From contig OY764265.1 in the NCBI GenBank assembly GCA_963668355.1, positions 2,432,001 through 2,496,000 of the forward strand: 64,000 nt of DNA. Reading direction: 5' to 3'. Source of the DNA: Bdellovibrionota bacterium. GTDB lineage: Bacteria; Bdellovibrionota_G; JALEGL01; DATDPG01. The position numbers and the translations under genes were made by a program. Each line of letters begins with the position of its first letter. The first letter of the stretch is position 1. Shown here piece after piece: positions 57,258-64,000 of this stretch. The notes under the pieces were generated by a model. That model searched no databases. It saw only the letters and a program-made list of their open reading frames with translations, and was not told the DNA's origin.

Positions 57258-58820
57258 GTGTCGAACGATAAGAACGAAAAAGTAAAAGAGGTTCTACAAG
57301 AAGGGGCCGCCAGAGCTCAAGCAACCTATAAAAACCAACGACGAATCGTCATTGACCCAATCACTCGTTTGGAAGGTCATGGAAAGATCGACATTTTTAT
57401 GAATGAAAGTGGAAATGTGGATCGAGCCTATTTTCAGGTCCCAGAATTGCGTGGTTTTGAAAAATTCATGCAAGGTCGACCTGTAGAGGACGCTCCTCAG
57501 ATCACCTCTCGAATTTGTGGTGTTTGTCCCACAGCCCATCACATGGCGGCTACGAAAGCTTTGGATGACGTGTTTAAGGTGGAACCTACGTCCACAGCCA
57601 AAAAAATCAGAGAACTGGTTTACAACGTGTTTATGGCGGAGGACCACGCACTTCATTTCTACTTTCTCGGAGGACCTGACTTTGTGGTGGGGCCTGAAGC
57701 CCCCAGCGCAGAACGCAATATTCTCGGCGTGATCGGTAAGGTTGGTGTGGACGTCGGGAAAAAGGTGATTTCAATGCGACGTCGTTTGAGAGAACTCATC
57801 ACGTTGACGGGTGGAAAAATCATCCATCCCGTGATGGGGCTTCCAGGGGGCGTGGCGAAGAGAATCACGGAGGAGCATCGTAAGCAATATCAAGAAGTAG
57901 CCAACGATGCCGTGGAATTCGCTAAATTTACACTTCAAGTCTTTGAAGATGTCGTTCTGAAAAATTCGGCCTATGTCGATTTGATCACCTCCGATGCCTT
58001 CACCCATCGCACCTATTACATGGGTTTGGTAGATGAAAACAACAAAGTCAACTTCTACGATGGAAAAGTGCGTGTGGTAACTCCGGAAGGAGAGGAGTAT
58101 CGAAAGTTTACGGCTCAACAGTATGTAGATGAAATTCGAGAACATGTTGAACCTTGGAGTTATACAAAGTTTTGCTATCTCAAAGATGTTGGCTGGAATG
58201 GGTTCAACGATGGAAAAGATAGTGGCGTGTATTCAGTGGCTCCCTTGGCTCGCTTAAATGCTTGTGACGGAATGGCGACTCCTGAAGCTCAAGGGGCCTA
58301 TGAAAAATATTTTGAAACCTTGGGTGGGAAACCGGTTCATCACACTTTGGCTAACCACTGGGCGAGAGTTGTGGAGTTGTTGTACGCCGCTGAAAGAATG
58401 AAAGAGTTGGCTGATGATCCGGAATTGACCAGCGAAGACATTCGAAACATTCCGACCGAAAAACCGAAAGAAGGAATGGGCGTCATCGAAGCACCTAGAG
58501 GAACGCTTTACCATCATTATAGAACGGACGAGAAGGGTGTTATTCAAAAAGCCAACTTGATTGTGGCTACGCAAAACAATTCAGCGCGAATCGCGATGAG
58601 TGTTGAGAAAGCGGCCAAAGGTTTGATCTCCAAACAAGAAGTCTCTGAAGGGATTTTGAATAAAGTTGAGATGGCTTTTCGAGCTTACGATCCGTGTCAC
58701 GCTTGCGCGACGCATTCGTTGCCGGGGAGTATGCCTTTGATCCTTCAAATTCGAGACGAAAACGGAGAAATCAAACAATCTTTTCGACGGGACCATGATG
58801 GGAGTGTCAAAGAACAATAA
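57258..58820 (+). CDS. mvhA: Group 3c [NiFe]-hydrogenase large subunit
   Basis: TRLEGHG, L1 RICGVCPTAH and L2 RAYDPCHACATH, plus a cleavable C-terminal tail. Confidence 0.93.
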   Translation: MSNDKNEKVKEVLQEGAARAQATYKNQRRIVIDPITRLEGHGKIDIFMNESGNVDRAYFQVPELRGFEKFMQGRPVEDAPQITSRICGVCPTAHHMAATKALDDVFKVEPTSTAKKIRELVYNVFMAEDHALHFYFLGGPDFVVGPEAPSAERNILGVIGKVGVDVGKKVISMRRRLRELITLTGGKIIHPVMGLPGGVAKRITEEHRKQYQEVANDAVEFAKFTLQVFEDVVLKNSAYVDLITSDAFTHRTYYMGLVDENNKVNFYDGKVRVVTPEGEEYRKFTAQQYVDEIREHVEPWSYTKFCYLKDVGWNGFNDGKDSGVYSVAPLARLNACDGMATPEAQGAYEKYFETLGGKPVHHTLANHWARVVELLYAAERMKELADDPELTSEDIRNIPTEKPKEGMGVIEAPRGTLYHHYRTDEKGVIQKANLIVATQNNSARIAMSVEKAAKGLISKQEVSEGILNKVEMAFRAYDPCHACATHSLPGSMPLILQIRDENGEIKQSFRRDHDGSVKEQ

Positions 58821-59268
58821 AAAGAGAATCCGAATTCTCTGTTTGGGCAATGAGATCATTGCAGACGATGGCTTAGGCCCTTTGGCGGCCGAAGCTTTTC
58901 GATCCAAGCTTTGGGAAGGTGTCGAAGTTGTGGATAGTTCTGAAGCGGGTTTCCACCTGATGGACTATCTCATGGAAACCGATGAAGTCATCATCGTGGA
59001 CTCCATCCAAACCGGGAAAGCTGCGCCAGGCGTGATTTATCACCTCAAAGAAGACGACCTTCCTCAATATCAGGCCAACTCTCCCCATTATACGGGGCTT
59101 TTGGAGTCGCTTCAGTTGGGGCGTTCTCTTGAATTGGAAATGGCCAAAAAGGTCCAAATCATTGCGGTTGAAACCTTTGATTGCCAGACTTTAGGAGGGG
59201 AAATGCATCCGGATGTTCGAAGTTCCGTTCCCAAGGTTGTAGAAATTGTCGAAGACTATCTGAATTAG
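58795..59268 (+). CDS. Hydrogenase maturation protease
   Basis: LGNEIIADDGLG, IIVDSI and SPH motifs. Confidence 0.9.
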   Translation: MMGVSKNNKKRIRILCLGNEIIADDGLGPLAAEAFRSKLWEGVEVVDSSEAGFHLMDYLMETDEVIIVDSIQTGKAAPGVIYHLKEDDLPQYQANSPHYTGLLESLQLGRSLELEMAKKVQIIAVETFDCQTLGGEMHPDVRSSVPKVVEIVEDYLN

Positions 59269-59283
59269 TTCTATACTATCAAA

Positions 59284-59565
59284 GTGGAAGTCATTTCCTA
59301 TTGGATGAGCCGCCTAGATGAGACTAAGGGTCTGACATTCCTTTGTTTGGCTGCTGCGGCACTTTGGGTTCTTTGTACGGTGTTCGTGTTGAACCGAAAA
59401 CTCAAAATGTTGGAAGAAGACTCTCAACAACTTAAACGGGACCAAAGCCTGATTTTGGATGAAACCGACGATTTAAAGGAAGCGTTTCAGGCTAAAATTC
59501 AGGACTCAAAAGCCTTGAAATCGCTTCCTCAACATAACCCTGAAATCGACTCTGAAGAGGAGTAG
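59284..59565 (+). CDS. Hypothetical single-TM coiled-coil protein
   Basis: TM segment followed by an acidic coiled coil; overlaps the convergent gene by 74 bp. Confidence 0.45.
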   Translation: MEVISYWMSRLDETKGLTFLCLAAAALWVLCTVFVLNRKLKMLEEDSQQLKRDQSLILDETDDLKEAFQAKIQDSKALKSLPQHNPEIDSEEE

Positions 59566-59965
59566 AAAGCTCCATTTTGTTTTCGGTTGTGAGAGGTTGA
59601 ATTCCCATTACCTTGATTTTTGGGATGAAATAGCCCAGCTCTTTTCCCATATGAATGGTCTTTAGAAGATCGGACTCATGAGTAGTAAACTGGGAAAGCT
59701 GTTTTTCACTCAACACATCGTCTGGGCAAAAGTGGAAGACCTCTCCAGGTTCCTTTTCCCCGAATACGGTGTCCACCACCAAAATTCGTTCCGTTTCAGG
59801 CACAAAGTAATTTAAGAGTCGAAGGCCAGATCCAGATAAATCAATGGCTTCGAAATCCTTTTCAAGACCATTTTCTGAAATGTATTCGACGATCCGTAAG
59901 CCGATAGAATCGTCCCCCATGGCCCAGTTTCCAACGCCGACCAGGTATTTATGGATTGAGTTCAT
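59492..59965 (-). CDS. Second hydrogenase maturation protease
   Basis: GVGNWAMGDDSIG, LVVD, TTHE and GIQP motifs. Confidence 0.9.
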   Translation of the reverse strand: MNSIHKYLVGVGNWAMGDDSIGLRIVEYISENGLEKDFEAIDLSGSGLRLLNYFVPETERILVVDTVFGEKEPGEVFHFCPDDVLSEKQLSQFTTHESDLLKTIHMGKELGYFIPKIKVMGIQPLTTENKMELSTPLQSRFQGYVEEAISRLLSPEF

Positions 59966-59990
59966 GGCAGTTTCCAATCGTGGGTATCAC

Positions 59991-60020
59991 AAAAAAGGGG
60001 GCCAAAGGGCCCCCTTTTTT
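59991..60020. terminator. Symmetric intrinsic terminator after the group 3b large subunit
   Basis: AAAAAAGGGGGCC-AAAG-GGCCCCCTTTTTT, a perfect 13-bp stem. Confidence 0.85.
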
Positions 60021-60036
60021 CAAAAAGAACGCTGTC

Positions 60037-61353
60037 TTAGCGCTTAAACTTTACATCCAAGTAATGCGTGGAACAAGAGATGCATGGGTCGTACGCACGA
60101 ACCAACATTTCCAGTTTCAATTCCATTTCCTTCTCTGCCACTTTCTCAGCAAGTAACTCTGGCACGAGTTTGTCGAAGTCGTGCTGAATATTATTGTGGT
60201 TTTGGTTGGTTGGAATGATGCAATTTCCACCTTGGCACATATAGTTTTTGTCATAGACATAATTGTGGAAAAGAATGCCTCGTGGGACTTCAGTGGCCCC
60301 AAATCCTTCACCATACTTGGTGGGCTCAACAGGCTTTTCATCCTTGATTCCGGAATCAATCAATTCTTCCATCAGTCGCAAGGTTTCATAAGCGCTGTGA
60401 ACCGATTCGACAACCTGAGCTGCGGTATTGAGGTAGGGATTTCCCACGACCGGCTTCATTCCCAATGCGTCAGCTACTTTCCGTGCCTCAGGATGAAGTT
60501 GCTCAAAATTATTATTGAACCGAGCCAAGGCTCCAGCCATGTAACTCTCAAGTTTATTCTTGGTGTATTTGGCCGTGGAGGCTGGAGTGACAAACTCATT
60601 GGTGACATTTCGATATTCCGAAACAGGCCAGGTCTCTTTTTTTCCATCGGGCATGATGGTTTGAATGCACCCATCATAGAGACCGTATTCTTCATCACTA
60701 TGAAGAGCCATGTATTCCGTGGGTCGGTCAAACGCAGGGAATTTGTCCTTCAAACTCAAAACAACTTCCAGAACAGCGTTTACGTCGGGTACCAACTCCT
60801 TAGCAAAACGTTCCTTTAGCTCTTTAAATTGAGCGACCGTTGGAAGGCTCGCGAATCCACCGGGTACGCATGTGGTCGGGTGAGTCGTTCGACCTCCAAT
60901 GAGTGAACCCCACTCATGAGCAAAACGCTTCAAACGAAGCGCGGCTTTCACCACTTCGCCATGAGACCCGATCATCTGAAGAACAGATTGAGCACCCACC
61001 AAATCGGGAGATACCAAGAAAAGGGAATGGAGGATGTGAGAGTCAAAGTTCTCCGCATGTTTGAGAATGGTGCGAAGTTTTTTTGTCTGAGGTGTGACCT
61101 CAATTCCCAACGCATCTTCAGTTGCTTTCACGGAGGCCAGTGTGTGTCCAATGGCACAGATTCCGCAAATTCGACTGGTGATTCGTTGTACCTCGGTATA
61201 ATGCCGATCTCGAATCATGGATTCGAAGAATCTAGGAGCTTCAGGCACTTGCCACTGACATTTTTCGATCGCGCCATTATTGATGTTTACGACAATGTTT
61301 CCATGTCCTTCAACGCGAGTTAGATGGTGAACGTTGATGTTATAGTTTGACAT
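60037..61353 (-). CDS. Group 3b [NiFe]-hydrogenase (sulfhydrogenase-type) large/alpha subunit
   Basis: TRVEGHG, PRFFE, L1 RICGICAIGH and L2 RAYDPCISCSTH motifs. Confidence 0.93.
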   Translation of the reverse strand: MSNYNINVHHLTRVEGHGNIVVNINNGAIEKCQWQVPEAPRFFESMIRDRHYTEVQRITSRICGICAIGHTLASVKATEDALGIEVTPQTKKLRTILKHAENFDSHILHSLFLVSPDLVGAQSVLQMIGSHGEVVKAALRLKRFAHEWGSLIGGRTTHPTTCVPGGFASLPTVAQFKELKERFAKELVPDVNAVLEVVLSLKDKFPAFDRPTEYMALHSDEEYGLYDGCIQTIMPDGKKETWPVSEYRNVTNEFVTPASTAKYTKNKLESYMAGALARFNNNFEQLHPEARKVADALGMKPVVGNPYLNTAAQVVESVHSAYETLRLMEELIDSGIKDEKPVEPTKYGEGFGATEVPRGILFHNYVYDKNYMCQGGNCIIPTNQNHNNIQHDFDKLVPELLAEKVAEKEMELKLEMLVRAYDPCISCSTHYLDVKFKR

Positions 61354-62110
61354 TTGCATCACTCCTCATGGTTGCAGTGAACATGCGAGAACGATTTTCG
61401 GCACGTTCTCGACTCAAGCCACCTTTTTCCATCAAAACTTTGACCAAGGCTTCTTCATTGGGTTGGTCGATGAATCCACGACACGCCTCGCAAGGAATTC
61501 CTTGGGCAGGACAGGGGGCTCCGCATCCTGCTCGAGCCACCAAACCTAAGCAATGATCTCCTTCATGGTATCTGCATACGGTTTCATTGAATTTGCATTC
61601 CACGCAAACCGGATGATTTGGAATCACAGGATCCTTTCCGTGAAGCAAAGAGGAAACCACATAGACAAATTCATCCTTATCCATCGGACAACCATGAAGG
61701 GCATAGTCCACTTTGATGGCGGCTGAAATGGGAAGGGCTTTTTGGGAATCCAGATGAGGCAACTCCGCGTCCTTGCCATAGACAAACTCTTTGTAGTCGC
61801 TTTGATGATTCTTTAAGGCGTTGATGCCCGCTGTGGCAGAACATGCACCGTAAGAGATAACAATTTTGGCTCGTTTTCGAATTTCTTCTAAACGTGCGCG
61901 ATCAGCTTCCCTTGTGAAACTTCCTTCTACAAAAGCGATGTCAAGAGGTTCTGTGGTCTTCTCCGAAAGAGCTTCTCTAAACTCCACGATTTCAATGTGT
62001 TCGAGAAGGCCCAAAAACACGTCTTGACCAACATTGGTGAGCTCAATTTGACAGCCTTCACAGCAGGCAAAATCAAAAAAGGCGACTTTGGCTTTCTTTT
62101 TTTCCGTCAT
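61340..62110 (-). CDS. Group 3b hydrogenase small/delta subunit
   Basis: FACCEGCQ, GACS, GCP, VCVECK and PCEACRG motifs. Confidence 0.92.
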   Translation of the reverse strand: MTEKKKAKVAFFDFACCEGCQIELTNVGQDVFLGLLEHIEIVEFREALSEKTTEPLDIAFVEGSFTREADRARLEEIRKRAKIVISYGACSATAGINALKNHQSDYKEFVYGKDAELPHLDSQKALPISAAIKVDYALHGCPMDKDEFVYVVSSLLHGKDPVIPNHPVCVECKFNETVCRYHEGDHCLGLVARAGCGAPCPAQGIPCEACRGFIDQPNEEALVKVLMEKGGLSRERAENRSRMFTATMRSDANVKL

Positions 62111-62946
62111 TAGAATGCCTCCTCGAGGTTTTCGACCTCGTCGTAACTGAATACGGGTCCATGCATGCAAACGTATTTATCGTTCATTTGGCAGTGCCCA
62201 CATTTTCCAATTCCACATTTCATTCTTCGTTCCAAATCCACGAAGACATGGTTGTGTGGAACTCCAATTTTTTCGAGTTCTTTGATGACAAATTTATACA
62301 TAATGGGAGGTCCACAAATAACGACTCGGGTATCCGGTGCGATTTCCGTTTTTTGAAACAGGGTCGTAATAACGCCCACATTTCCCTTCCAGTCCGTGTC
62401 GGCTTTATCAACCGTCTCGTAATATTCGACGTCGTTGGATTTTCTCCAATTGGCCAGATCATCGAGGAAAAGTTGCTCTTTTGGGCTGCGAGCTCCAAAA
62501 AAGAGTTTGAAGTCCTTGAATTTGTCTCTGCAATCCAGAACGTATTGAATCAAACTTCTGGTGGGACATAAGCCGATTCCTCCGGCAACGATTAGGAGAG
62601 GGTGGCCGTGAAGTTCTTCAAGGTTAAAGCCATTTCCAAGGGGGCCTCGAACAAACAGCGATCCGCCTTTTTCTTCTCGATTGATGGCCTTGGAAACCCT
62701 TCCGACCGATCGGACGACCACATCAAATGTGTTCTTTCGGGTGGGAGAGCTCGCGTAACCAATGGGAATTTCCCCATAACCAAAAACACCCAGTTCCATG
62801 ATTTGGCCAGGCGCGAACTTCATTTCTTGGCCGTCTTTCATTTTTAACGTGAAGTGTTTTTCATGTTCCGTGATCTGGTCGGCTCGAAGAATTTCGGCTT
62901 CTCGGGGAAGGAAAACGTTTTCATGTTCAGCGGTATGGTGTGACAT
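62110..62946 (-). CDS. Group 3b hydrogenase gamma subunit (FAD/NAD(P)-binding, 2Fe-2S)
   Basis: RGPLGNGF, AGGIG, CGPPIM and ERRMKCGIGKCGHC motifs. Confidence 0.93.
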   Translation of the reverse strand: MSHHTAEHENVFLPREAEILRADQITEHEKHFTLKMKDGQEMKFAPGQIMELGVFGYGEIPIGYASSPTRKNTFDVVVRSVGRVSKAINREEKGGSLFVRGPLGNGFNLEELHGHPLLIVAGGIGLCPTRSLIQYVLDCRDKFKDFKLFFGARSPKEQLFLDDLANWRKSNDVEYYETVDKADTDWKGNVGVITTLFQKTEIAPDTRVVICGPPIMYKFVIKELEKIGVPHNHVFVDLERRMKCGIGKCGHCQMNDKYVCMHGPVFSYDEVENLEEAF

Positions 62947-62950
62947 TTGT

Positions 62951-63982
62951 TTAGGCCTCCATGATGCGGTTGATGATGTTAACGGGATCAGCAATGTCAG
63001 GTACACAGCCCGTGGAGCAGCGACCACACCCAACGCAGGCCGGACCGCCTAAAGTTTCATTGAGATAGGAAGCTTTTCGCATCAGTCGATGTCGGTACCG
63101 CGAAAACGAATGCTCTCTAAAATTCTCTGTGGCTCCGGCACCCAAGGAGACTTGGGCAAAGTCATGAAGCTGGCATCCGTCCCATGTCCGATATCGTTTT
63201 CCGGTGACTTGATCCAAGTTCCACGTGTCTTGGACATCGAAGCAGTAACAGGTTGGGCAGACCGTATTGCACGTTCCACAGGAGAAACATTGTTCCGAAA
63301 GTTCTTTCCACAGGGTCTCATTTCCAAAGGCCGCTCGAACTTTCTCGGCGATCTTCTGGCTATTGTTTGTGGGTAGCTTTTCAGGGCAGTCCTTCAGGGC
63401 GCGGTCGTTTACCTCTTTAGCCTCTTTAGACTGTTCAGCTGTGGCCTCCACAAAAGAGCCATAGGTGGCCAAGTTTTCTCCTTTTGGGGTGATCGTTTGA
63501 AGGTGATACCCCCCGGAAATCTTTGTGAGAAAGGCATCATGGCCTTTGGGCTCAACATCAGATCCAACCGAAGCAAAGAAAGCCCGTTTCGATACGTTTT
63601 GAACGTTTGAGGCCACAATGGTCGTTTGTTTCCGATTGGCGAGATAATTATTGTCTTTGTGGTTATCCGTAAAAATTTGATCCAATTGATCAATGGCTTT
63701 CACATCATAAAAATGAACGCCAAAGAGAATTTGATCCACGGGGTTGATGCAGCTCTCTGCACCTTTCTCCGTGAAACGGACCAATTCCTGTTTTGGAGGA
63801 AAGAATGCTTTCTTCGGAGGAAGAATGGTCGTATCAAAATCCAAGCGAATTTCTTCAGGAGATGAAATCTCACCAAAAACAAATTTTTCCTTTTTCGCTT
63901 TGGGGCCAATGACTTTTTTGGCACACAACATCTTCTCTAAGAAGCTGTTCCAATCGCTGTCTTTTATGTAAAGATCCTTCAT
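62951..63982 (-). CDS. Group 3b hydrogenase beta subunit (4Fe-4S dicluster, AsrA-like)
   Basis: CFSCGTCNTVCPTCYCF and CVGCGRCSTGC motifs. Confidence 0.92.
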   Translation of the reverse strand: MKDLYIKDSDWNSFLEKMLCAKKVIGPKAKKEKFVFGEISSPEEIRLDFDTTILPPKKAFFPPKQELVRFTEKGAESCINPVDQILFGVHFYDVKAIDQLDQIFTDNHKDNNYLANRKQTTIVASNVQNVSKRAFFASVGSDVEPKGHDAFLTKISGGYHLQTITPKGENLATYGSFVEATAEQSKEAKEVNDRALKDCPEKLPTNNSQKIAEKVRAAFGNETLWKELSEQCFSCGTCNTVCPTCYCFDVQDTWNLDQVTGKRYRTWDGCQLHDFAQVSLGAGATENFREHSFSRYRHRLMRKASYLNETLGGPACVGCGRCSTGCVPDIADPVNIINRIMEA

Positions 63983-64000
63983 GTTTTCGAATCCCTTCGG

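Noticed and set aside
53758..61353. Selenocysteine recoding in Hdr/Mvh/hydrogenase subunits
   Set aside because: All ORFs are uninterrupted and the relevant motifs contain Cys.

Overview
Bacterial chromosomal segment. RomR-like, FrzS-like, Tad/Flp and PilZ genes suggest a deltaproteobacteria-type lineage (Myxococcota/Bdellovibrionota relatives; inference only). Left to right: (i) a minus-strand Tad/Flp accessory operon with a sigma54 promoter; (ii) surE-pcm-nlpD; (iii) a ~10.4 kb cassette holding an Xre/RES toxin-antitoxin pair, a complete type I-C CRISPR-Cas operon and an array of 17 perfect repeats plus 1 degenerate repeat; (iv) rmuC, Flp pilin-like genes, FrzS-like, birA, valS, romR-like, rsmD-coaD-aminotransferase and PilZ genes; (v) a ~1.6 kb gap with no credible gene, containing a ~1.1 kb purine-rich, hairpin-dense candidate large non-coding RNA; (vi) an amino-acid catabolism and signalling cluster; (vii) a ~21 kb hydrogen-metabolism block: hypFCDE, feoAB, MarR-hdrCBA-mvhDGA-protease and a convergent group 3b [NiFe]-hydrogenase operon. 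The cassette in (iii) is bounded by 31-bp perfect direct repeats with reciprocal inverted arms (attL/attR-like geometry) and encodes no recognisable integrase. The two most novel-looking items are this integrase-less TA+CRISPR cassette and the candidate large structured RNA. All family calls come from motif recognition by eye; no searches were run.
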